Shown piece after piece: positions 24,401 to 36,400 of a DNA stretch of 64,000 nucleotides (positions within the stretch are counted from its first letter, which is position 1; the number at the start of each line of letters is the position of its first letter). A program made the position numbers and the translations under genes. A model generated the notes under the pieces. The model did no database searches. It saw only the letters and a program-made list of their open reading frames with translations, and was not told the origin of the DNA. Location of the stretch: assembly GCA_051294375.1 (NCBI GenBank), contig CM119266.1, positions 13,270,735 to 13,334,734 on the forward strand, in the 5' to 3' direction. The stretch comes from Paraspadella gotoi (lineage: Eukaryota > Animalia > Chaetognatha).

Positions 24401-27400
24401 GTTTCGCGATCTTCCGGTTAGATTATTTGATAATTATAAATATAATAGTAGATTTCTTATATCCTATCGCTTCAATTAATCCTACGCTTTTTCGAAGTCG
24501 GTCTTTCAACTCTTTCGAGCCTCGACTTTTGCGGACATCGAGCGACGACGACTGATCATCTCGAGTATCGAGCTCATTTATCTTCCGCGTTTTCCCTCTT
24601 CGGATAAAATAATATCTGATAAATAAATAACTAATAAATAATAAACTGAAAATAAGTTAAAGATTACACACGGGAGTACAAGTACAATATTTTTTTATTA
24701 ATGACCAGTGTGAATTGGTCATTACTAAAAAATATCGTGCCTGTACTCCCATGTGTAATCTTTAACAAATTCTTAATCTCGGTACATGCGATGACTCTCA
24801 AAGAATAAACAACTGAAAAATAACTAATAAATCAATTCAATTAAAAAGTATTTCTCAATGCCTCTCTTTTCTTTCAAATAAAAAAAAGTTTCTCGGCATT
24901 AGCTTTTTTTTAATTTTGACCATACATACAAAACATGATGCGAGAGTGACAAAACATGGGCAACCGAACTTTCTTCTGACCAAAAAGCCCTCGAAAAAAT
25001 TCGCCAACCCCGATCCCCTACATCGGCACCCAATCCTCCGTGTGAGCGATGAAGGGCATGACGAAAGGACCCGAGGGTTCCTGCTCCTTCTTCTCCCTCT
25101 CTTCCCTCTCTCTCTCCCTCTTCTCCTTCTTCTTCCTCTTTTCCTCCTCTTCTTTCTTCTTCTTATTAGCTTCCCTCCTCATCAGCCTCTTCTCCTCGAA
25201 CGCCATATTCCCGCCCTCCTCGGGCTCGCTCCTATTCTCCGAGTCGGTCTCCCTCTTATTGGACAGAGACCAGTTCTTGCTCTCCTCCTTGCGCTGGCCC
25301 CTTTTCCCTTTCTTATTTCCCCTCTTCCTCTCCGGCGTCCAGGATCGAGCCCGGTTGTCGTTGAGGTTGCCGCGTCTTCCGTCGACGTCGTATCTATGCA
25401 CGCTTCTGTCGTCTTCGTCGTCGTAACTCTGTCGACGCCTCCTCTCTCTCCTTCTCCCGCCAATTTCTCCGCCTTCCCCGCCGCCGCCGGCGACGCCAAA
25501 CTTGTCGGAGACCTTTCGTTTCAGCTCGGACCATCGGCCAGCATCGGCCTCGAGATCTCTCCTCCGGCCTCCAGCATCGCGCCCATCCAAGTCTTCGTCG
25601 CGCCCTGCGGCGCCGCTATGACCCAATCTCCCCGAAAGCTTCCTCACCAATCTCCTCCATTTTTTGACGTCGTTCTCGTCTCCGACAGCGCCGTCTGAAT
25701 CGGCGCTCTTCTCTCGGCGTCGCGAACCTCCTCTCCTCCTACGCGAATCGCGCGAAGCGTCCCGAGTCTCTCTCTTCGGGCGCGCCCTTCGCTCCGCCTG
25801 ACGCGTCGTTGTCCAATCGATGGGGGCGCTACCTTCGCGATCCTCGTCGCTCGACGAATACGGCTTCCTGTTGACGTTGGAGTCGTCGGCGTCGTTGACG
25901 TTGGCGTCGTTGACGTTGGCGTCGTCTCCCCGTTTGAGCCCGCGTCCTCGCGTCGCGCGCTTCTCCTCGTCATCGTCCTTCTCTTCGTCTCCCTTCTCCT
26001 TTGATTCTTTCATTTTCTTCTTGATGAAATAAAATGGGCTGTTGTCCTTCGTAAAAAGAGAGGGGGCGGGGAGTAGAGTCTTTAATCCTTGGCCTTAAAA
26101 AAAATCATTTTTTTTTTATTGTAAATATATGGTTTTATGACAAAACATGCACAATTTAAATTTAAATAAAAAAAAAGTTCTATCGCAACCGCCGGGTTGC
26201 CTATTAGAGCGTATGAAAATTCTAATAGTCAATTATGAACAATGTACCACCAGTGAACATTAGTTTAATAAAAAAAATTTATATTATTTTAATTTTCGCA
26301 GTAGGCTATATTTATAAATAGTACTATCCTGAAAAAATCCTAAAATTTTAAAATAGACTTTTCTTAATTTTGATGGCAGATTTAAATTCCTCGTCAAAGG
26401 AGGATAAAAAAATCTTTCATTAAGTAGGTTAAAAATTTTAAAAACTATATTTTATATACAAAAATTACATTTTCTGCTTAAAATATAGGTTTTTCTAATT
26501 TTTGACCAACTTAATGAAAGAATTTTTAAAAAAAGAGTTACATTTCTTTAAACAACTTCTTATGACGAATCCAAATCTGCAAAAAATCTTATAAAAAATC
26601 ATTTTGAAATTTTAACACTTATATGGTCAGTACTAAATATATATATATATACTATATATACTATATATGAAAATTTGCAAATTACTTTTTTCACTATTTT
26701 CTATTTTTATATTTATGAAGGTTTTAGTATTTAATCTTATTATTTAATCAAATATATATTGTTTCTTTCTTAAAATGTTTTATTTACTAATAATTCAATT
26801 TGGGAAGGGGAAGTCAGTGTTGTCTTCTGGAAATAGAGGGAGCATCTATACAACACAAGGTTAGATTACTATCTGTCCTAGTTTTCTAATAGATATCACA
26901 CATCATTTCTGTTAGAAAGTCATTAATGAAAATACATAATATCTAAGAGGCTGAACAGAAAGGGGTGGGAATGGTAATTTTTTGAGGGGTGCCAAAGTTA
27001 TATATGATTTTTTTTTTACCAATAGGGATAAGACTACCAGTGTAGAATTGTATGTTCTGATAGGGATACATACCGGGGAAAGGTCTATAGGGGCACCTTT
27101 ATGTCATGAATATAATTTTAAATTTATATTTTTTCTTTATTCTACTTTTTAATTATTTCTTTTTTGAATATTTTTTATCTTTTATTTTTATACAATGGGA
27201 AGGTCATCCAGTAACTAAATATAGCCTACTGGGTAAATATAAAATTGTTTATACATTAATGTTCATTTGTACAACGTTGTTCAATACTCTTTTTTAGAAT
27301 TTTAATTTAAGTTAAACCTTTTACTACGCTTTCTTGTCTATGATGGGGCATCTCACTATTGACTTCCGACCCTCAGAGGCGCTGCCGACCACTGGCGCGG

Positions 27401-30400
27401 TTACTCTAGGACGGTCTCGCTTTGCCAAGGCTCAGGGAAGTTGTTAGGACTGTGGATTGAACGTAACGCTGGGGATGGTGCTGAAGAGACAGTGATAATT
27501 GTTATGTGTTAGTGACAGAACCGTTCAATATAAGCAGTCCCTGAGCTTCGGATCAGGCTGTAACACCATGTTACAGGCGGGTTAAGCGCCCCGTCCCTCC
27601 TAACTGCCAGACGACCACTGGGCTAGAACCCCGGACCTTTGGGTTGGGAGGCGAATGACTTGCCTCCGGCACAAATGACCGCTGATGAACGGTTGGTGGA
27701 TTTTAGTCCACCATAGTGCGTTCACTCTCTGATCCAATGGGATTGGCTGAACGATTATGGACGAGAGGCAATATACCGAATATACCGAATATACCGCCAC
27801 ATTCCTCGTTTTCATTGTCATAATCGTTGAATTAATAAATTTGTCTCCAACAGTCATCGTTGTCGTTAACGTTGTAATTGTCATCGTCGTTGTTGCTGTT
27901 GTCATCCTTATCATCGTCGTCGTCATCGTCTCCGCCCTCTCCATACCGGATCCTTCAAAGCGGCATGCCGGTTTTCCTCCTGGACGATCGTTTTGGACGG
28001 AAGACGATGCACGGGCGGCGGCGGCATGTAGGGAGACGTCTTGACCACGGATCCTTTGTAGTACCAGTCGGAGAGCCACTCTTTCTTGCAGTAGGCAGCA
28101 TCCACGTAGCTGAAAATAAGTTTCATTCTTTTTTTAACTTTTCTTTTTTCATTTTTTTCCCCTCTTTATTGTAAATCGCTTTAGCGCTTTAGCCGTTTAG
28201 CGATTTACTTCCCCACTGAAATTGTACCTTATTTTAAATTTTTTTTCCTACTAAGATTTATTTTTTATTTTATCTATTAAAAACATTTCTCTTTACTTTT
28301 TATAGAAATTTGTTTTTCTGTCTGTACCCACTTGATCTTCACTTGCATCGCTTTATATAAAATAATAAATTTTAGCCTATTTTAATCTTAATAAACCAGA
28401 TGGTTCAACAAATAAAAAAGCATTAAAAAAATAGCAATAAATTGTAGTTTAAGTACATCAATTCAAAGTTTTAATCTTTTTAAATCTTTAAAAAATTTTT
28501 TATAGTTTTTAATAATATTATAATATTTTTTTATTTTGTTGTTTTGGTATTTAGCAAAAACAGAGTTTGAATTTATACATCAACAATTTTTATAAGTAAA
28601 AACATATATGTTTCGACTCACGTTCAAATCTTCAGCTTTTTTTTATGAAGACTCGAATGTTAGTCGAAACATATATTTTTACTAATAAAAATTGTTAATA
28701 TACAAATTATAATTCTGTTTTAGCTATATAGTTTTTAACAAATATTTTTTTATTCTATTTTATTTTAAGATTACCTAATAAATATTTTTAATGTATTTTT
28801 TAAATATATTTATATATATATATTTAATCTTAAATGATACAAGTTAAAAAAATGATATAAGTTAAAAAAATGATGCAAGTATAAAAAATGATACAAACAA
28901 AAATAATATTATTTAGATTTATAAACTATAAGTACCAAAATGTTATTAATGCCGGAGTAACAGTTTAGTTTAAGCCCTAGAAAGCGATTTACACGTATCG
29001 GCGCAGCCACAGGTTATCTTTATTTCTTTTCCCCCCACATTTCCCAACTCACGAGTAAACGTTCCTTCTCGATCCAACTCCGGGCCCGCAAGTGACCTCG
29101 ATGTCCATCTCCTCGATGGGCGTGGGCATCCAGGGGGCGCCACACTTCGAGGCGCCGCTGTGGCTCGACCCTCCGCTCCCCTCCTCGTCCTCGCCGATCT
29201 CGTGGACTTCATTGCCCCACCGGTCGAAATCCTCGTCGTGATAATCTTCATGGAGAAACTTGGACTTATTCTGAGTGTCGCCCTCGAAATCCCCTACAAA
29301 AACGTCGCCGTCTCCATCGAATTCTCTGTTGTTATTACGATTAACGACGCCAGGGCGCCGCCGATCAGCGCCGTCAGCCACGGGATAACAGCGGCGTCGT
29401 TGCCATTCCGAGCCGGCACCGAGAGCGTCGTCTTCCTCGCGGGGACAACGCCGGCGACGGGCGTCATAGTCCGATTCGTCTTCGGCGGCGTCTTCGTTGC
29501 AATAGTTACAATCGCTCATCTCCCGGCGTCTCTTATCCGATTCCGGGCGATCACGATGAGGACAGTCCTTTCTTAGGTGAGGAACCGGAATGGGAGATCC
29601 GTTCGCGTTCACATTGGCGCTACCACTTCCGCCGCTGCCTCCGCCGCGGCGCAACCCGATTTTCTTTCGTCGAGTATCCGGCCCCGCCGCCGTCAACGCT
29701 GCCTCCGCCATCGTAAACGGGGGCGTCGGCCTGAACAACTCCACGTCCTCATCCGGCGCCGCTTTTCTCACGATTTGTTTCGGTGGCGAAGTCGTAATAA
29801 TGGATCGAGGATCGACGAACGAGCGATTGGAAGACTCATCGTCCTTGGTGATCTTCGATGCCGCTTTGCCATGCCCAGGTTCGCCCGTCTCAGCGTTAGA
29901 ACTCTCCTCTCGCTTGTTACGATATGTTTGTTTAATCTTACGGTTTTGTTGTAATTGTTTTTGTTGTCGCCGTTCCCTCTCTTGTTCTTCTTCCTCCTCT
30001 TCTTCCTCTTCTATTGGAGGCGACAATCCCGAATGCCTGTCGTGAATTCTAGCCTCCCTCGAGCGGCGAGCATCTTCGGAGCGCCCCCTGCGATGTGCGC
30101 GCGGATCGCGACCACCCCTCGGGCCCGCGGAGACGTTGACGCCGCCTTTGCTGTCGACGACATCCCGAGTATCCCCCGGTTTCTCCAAGATCCGATGGGG
30201 GCATTCCTTCTTCGAGTGGCTAAACTTCCGAATGACAAATTTCGACTCGTCGGTCAAATGGATGAAGGGAGCTCCTTTCTTTCCAGTTGGTCGACCCCAT
30301 TGTTTTTTAGGGTCAAAATCGCATTTAGTTTGGGGCGGGTCGCGTGATGCGTGTGAGGCGTATGAAGCATGCGAAGCTTGTAACGATTGCGTAGTGTGTG

Positions 30401-33400
30401 GTGTCTGCAATGCGCTCAGTGCCTGTGGTGCGAGCGGTGCTTGCGATGCGGGTTGCGAGATCGTTGCATGCGGTGCCTTTGCCTCATGCGATACCTGTGA
30501 TGCACGCAGTGCCTTGGGTGCGCGCAGTGCATGAGATACGGGCTGAGAGTTTGTTGCGTGCAGTGCCCGCAACTCATGCGGTTCCTGGGATGCGCCAAGT
30601 GCATGTGTAGCGCGTTGCAAGTTCGACACATGTGGTGTCTGCGATGCGGGTTGTGATTTCGTTGCATGAGGTGCCTGAGACTCATTCAATGCATGCAAGC
30701 TAACCATATCCGGCGCCTGCGGCGAGGACTCTCTTGAAAATTTCTTAGGATTTTTTGAGTAATTTGTGTAAATCTTGAGCGGCTTTCTTTCTCCGCTAAC
30801 CTTTCTCGTTTTCAACGCCGATCTCGCCTCCCGCTTCCCTCTTCCATCCGCATAGACGTCCTGATTCAATTGCCTGCTCATGGCGCTCCCTGTCTCAGTT
30901 GAGGGAGTCTTCGCCACGTTGCTGTAATTCCGATTGGGTAATCTTTTTTGGACGCGGGTCTCCCAATTGTCACTGACCTTTTCAATGCCATCGTTGCCCC
31001 TAGCGATGCCATTGTTGCCGGCTTCTCCTTTCCTCGCAGCGATGTGAGTTTCCGGTTTTAACGCGGATTTAATGATTTGTTTTGGAGGAGAACGACTTCT
31101 TTTCTCTTCTTCCCCGAAATGATCTCCACTTCTATTATTATCTACGTCAAATCTTCGTAAACTTTCTCGTTTAACCCGATTTCGCCCTTCGAACCTCTCG
31201 ACAGACTCTTCCCTTTCCTCCTCCAACTTCCGGCGCCGGCGAGATTCGACGTTCGGCGACGCCGGACGCTCGTCGGCGCCATCGCCTCGAGATCGACGCC
31301 CGTAAGCCGGTTCCGCGCTGGCTGGTCGACGTGGCATCTTCTCGGTGGAAGAACGCGTCGCCCTTTCGTTGGATTGACGCGGCGCCCTCTTCTCGGTCTG
31401 ACGCGGCGCCGGCTCCTCTTGCCCATTGCCCGATTGCCCAAAACCTTGACGCTCTCTGTGCGGACTCACTCTCACCTCTGCCCGTCGACGAAACGGGCAA
31501 TCCTTCTTCAAGTGTGGAATCGGAACTCGACCCTGACGAACCCCCACGCCGGCGGCGACGCAGGCGGTAACGGCGCTCACATTGGCGTCGTAGGCGTGGC
31601 TAACGGTGGCGCCGCCGGCGACCTTGCGGAGCTCGCACAGATCGGAAACTTGACTCGGCGCCGGAACCGAAAACAATTCCGTCGATTTGGCGTCAGTAGT
31701 TCGATCACCAGCGACTTTCTCGGGAGACGAGGGACGGGAGGGCTTTTTGATTTTCTCATTCACGACCTTTTCATCGGCGATCGGAATCTTTCGAATAGAT
31801 TCGTTCCGCTTAGGTTCCCTCGATTCGTTTCCGGCGTGAACTCGAGCGACCATCGCCTCCTTCTCCGGCAAACTATCGGAGAAATTGTAATCCAAGCTTT
31901 GAACGTTGGCACCGCCGTTCCGTCCCGTGGCGTTTTCCGCCATTTGCATCGTCTCCGCATGCTCCCTTTTGTCCAGGAAGGCGGCGACACCGACGGTCAA
32001 GTTTTCCCTGAGAAACTCTTCCTGACCCGACTCAATTTTGTCCATCAAGGCCTCCATGACCATTTTAGTTTTTGCCGCGATGTCAGTGGCGTCGACGGCG
32101 TCTTCATCGTTAGACATCGAAAAGAACGCCGCGGCATCACTGATTACTAGAGTGGAGCACTGGGGAGAATAAATTTTATTTGAATGAACAAACAAGGATA
32201 TTTAGACGTGAGATAGTATGATTAAGGAGTACAAAAAATATTTTGCTTATATTGTTTGAGGAACAGTATCATTAATTACAATATATTTATAGTAATATCC
32301 TTATAAAATCATAAATTTTTAAAATATTTTTTCTTAAATCTTTATTAAAGATTCTGATTCTTCATAAAAAGTTAGATCAAAAATATAAAATGTTATTAAA
32401 AATTTCAGCGTCAAAAATGGAAAAAAAAGGTAAAATTATCTACTTTTTCACGCTTTGTAGTAGAAACTATTATAAGATGAAACGTTTTGGTAATTTTTTG
32501 CAGCTTTAACCAAAAAATATTATGTAACTTATTTTACAAAAGTTTTTTATTTTTTTCCGGCGAATCCGAAACTGTTCTTAAAATTAAAAAAATATGATTT
32601 AAAAATTTTATGATTTTAGAAGGATATTACTATAAAAAAAATTAGATTTTTTTAAAAAAAATGGCTTAATTATTTTTTATTACATATACAAAGGCAGCAA
32701 AAAACATGGTTCCATCGCTCAATCTTTTCATCACTCCACCCTACTGATTACCTCTTCGACATCTCTCTCTCGCTTGTCGACATCTTCGTCACAAACTACC
32801 GGACTCGTCACATTGCCAGATAATTCACATCCTTCACTTCGATCAAGCGCGTTTTCTTTTCCCGCCAAAACATTTTGATTCTCTTCGGGAGTTATTTCCC
32901 GATTATTTTCAGATGAATGAACGTCGCTAGCGCTGGGTTGTTTAATACCGGGCGATTCGTCTACTTTTTCATCGTCGCCATCCACCGCCAGCGACTTTGT
33001 TTTCTTTTCGCCATCTTCGTGAATCGAGGAAGCATTTCTGACATATAGGAATTCGGTGAGCGGTTCGTCGAGACGATCTTCATGACGACGATCTTCCTCG
33101 CGATCGTCGAGCTGAACATCGCCACCAGAACGATCGATATTACTATTAGAGCGATTTTTTTCGGAAATATAAATTGAAAGATTGTTCGTGCTATGTTCTC
33201 CAGCTAATGAAGCCTGCTCTTGCGCTTCTTTCAACCCTTTTGCCGCCTGTTGTTCTTTTTCTTCGGCTTGTTCGAGCGCTGGTTCAGACGGATGTTCTTC
33301 AGAAACTTTTTCCGGAGGTTTAGACTTCAGTTCATTCACTGGTCCGGATTGCTGTTGCTGCGGCTGCTGTTCTTCGCCTTGTTTCTCCTCCAATAGTTGA

Positions 33401-36400
33401 TCTTGATTTGCGGCGAAGCTGTGGTTATCCGTTTGTAATTCGTTCCCTTCGCTCGTGGCGGCGTTTTCCTGCGTCAACTGTGGCGCGATGACTCCCGACG
33501 GCGGCGGCGGCTGAGGATGTTTTTAAATTCATTTTTGTATACCATCAAAGTTACAACATAATTTTACGTAAATAGAGCAGAGAATGAAAAGATAACAACA
33601 ACAGCAACTGATACAATGATCCCACCCCCGTCTCCGCCAAGCTTTCCGGTTCCTCGAACCCAAGCTCGACGTAGTGACGCTTCCTCTTGTGCTTGTCCAG
33701 AAAGAATTCGTCCTTGAATCTTTTTCTGCAGAATTTGCATTTGAATCCCCGTTTTTTTTCCATGGCTTTTTTTTTCGCCAACAGGGGGAGACGAAAGGGA
33801 AAAAAAAAACTGAAAGGAGAACTCCTACGACGGCGCGAATGGCTAAAGCAAAGATTTACCTTTTTCTCTTTTAACATTTTATGGCTGAGTCGTCGAAAAT
33901 CGGTCGAGCCGAAGCGATTCGCTTCTTATCTCAATTTTAGTATTATAAAATGACTTTTTTCTTTCGAAATCTTACTAAATTTTCCTTTCACGTCAAATTA
34001 ATGTAACTATTTTTTTAGAAACTTTTAATAACAAATATTATTTTACAACAAAATTATTAACAATCAAAAATGGAATTAGTACTAGAAAGAGGTTAATTCA
34101 GTATTTAGTTAAGATGCTACAAGTAATTCAAAAAAATAAATAATTTTTTTCTAAAACTTAACAAACACCACTGACTTCAAGACAAGATTCCCGAATCTTT
34201 CGCCAACTCATAAAAGGCGGATTTCTCATCTCTGATTAAAATCCGAGGATCCTCAAACTCGACGACCTCTCCACGATACAGCACCATGACCTTGTCGTAG
34301 TCCACGACAGTGTCGATGCGGTGAGCGATGGTCAAAACCGTCGCGCCAACAAATTCTTCCCGAATCGTCTTTTGGATCAACGCGTCCGTCCTCGAATCGA
34401 CGGCGGCCGTGGCTTCGTCAAGGACGAGGATCTTGGAATCCCTCAGCAGCGCCCTCGCGAGGCAGACCAATTGACGCTGCCCGACGGAGAGGTTTTCGCC
34501 CGCCTCTATGCATTCGTGGTCGAGCCCCTCGGGCAGATTGGCGACAAAGTCTCTCAAATGCGCCAGAGATAAGACTCGCCACAATTCACCATCTTCATGA
34601 CGATCGAAAGGGTCCAGGTTCGTTCTCAGCGTCCCCGAGAAGACGACGGGGTCTTGAGGGATGATCGAGATTTTCGATCGAACGTCGTGGAGACCGAGAG
34701 ACGCCGTCCCCTGCCCGTCGATCTCAACGCCGCCGGAAGCGGCTTCGATGACGCGGAAGAGCGCCAGAGTTAAACTCGATTTTCCGGCGCCGGTTCTGCC
34801 GACAACGCCGATTCGCTGGCCGCCGGCGACGCGAAAGTTCAGATTCTTCAGAACCAAATCCAAATTGTCTCTGTATCTGGCCGAGTAATTGTGGAATTCC
34901 ACCTCGCCCGTTTCGGGCCACGAAGGCACCAAGAAATTGGTAAACTTGTTTCTCCAAGCTGCTTCAGGGGGCAGGATAGAGTATTCCCTAACTCTCTCTA
35001 TAGCCACCAAATCGTTTTCAATCACCGACATTATGCGAATTTGGTGCAAAAACATTTGCACAACGGCTAAAGCGTAGGTCAGGGAGAGACCCGTTTCTCC
35101 TAGGCTGCTCAATTCTTCCAAGGCAGAATAAAGAGCGCAGAAAAGGACGATAAAACTTGATTGGTTTTCCATAACGAGGCCCACCCAGTTGTCCGTCGCA
35201 CACATTAGAAAAGCGGCCTTCAGATTGATCGCAACGTGAGAACGAAGGGAGGCTCTGAAGTGGCTCTGCATTTTAAAAGCTCTGATGACAGAGAGTCCAT
35301 GCAATGTCTCGCCGAACATTGAAAAAATAGGCGACAACGTGGTGGCTTCCAATCGACGTAGTTGGCGAGCGGAACGAATGTAGAATTGCTGGGTAGCAAT
35401 AAAGACAGCAATAACGAAAGGAATGGCAACGAAGAACCATGGCTTGACAACGGCAATGGTCAACAAGGCACCAATGACAAATATCGTAGCTTTGTAGGTT
35501 TCAAAGAGGTCGACGGAGATTTTGGCATCGATTATGTTCATGTCGACCGAAAATCGGTTCAAAATACGACCAGTAGGTGTCGTATCAAAAAAAGACATGG
35601 GGCACGCCAACACGCTGGACGTCAATTCGTCGTGGAGGCGTCGAGAGGCTGCAATGACGCCCAAGGAATGAAAAATAGTACCAACCAAATTAAACAAAGT
35701 GGAACACAGCCCAATATATATGAAGCTCTTTAAGAAATCGAAATTTATTTTCGCCAGTTCAGTCTGGTTCGCGTTGGCCATTTTGTAATGGTCTTGAATA
35801 ACATTTGTCCACGCGGCAAGACGAAAGTTGGTCATTATCTCTAAACTTCTCCAAATAATTAGAGTAGCGACGGCAGACACACCCAATGCCCAACCCATGG
35901 ATCTCAGGTAGATAAGATAAAACTTAATTCCTACATAGCCACTTTTTATATATTCTTCAGAATTTAATTTACCGTCGACGTCATCTTTTAATTTTGTTTC
36001 GTTTGGTATTTTTACAATTTCCTTTTCATTTGTAGTTTTTCTTCCCGAGCTCTCTCTCTTTAGATTTTTTTTAACGTCATTGAAGAAGGTCGAAAATTCC
36101 TCGCCGTTTCTTATCAATTGCGAATAAATTCCAATTTCGGAAATCCTTCCTCCGCTCAAACAAAGAACATTGTCCATCGATGGCAAATAAGTTAAGACGT
36201 TGGTGACGACGATCCGACTTTTCTTGCCCAACATTCCGTCGGCGGAGAGAACACTCTCGAAGATGTGCTTCCCGACGTGGGCGTCGACGGCGGAGAGAGG
36301 ATCGTCGAGGAGATAAAGATCCGCGTCGGAGTAGAGAGCCCTCGCGAGGGAGACTCGAAGCTTCTGTCCGCCGGAAAGATTGATCCCTCGCTCCCCGATT

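Noticed and set aside
27600-28174. Hydrophobic Val/Ile or Thr/Met-rich ORFs suggesting a membrane protein
   Set aside because: Produced by (TCA/TCG/TTG)n trinucleotide repeats downstream of the C2H2 gene stop.
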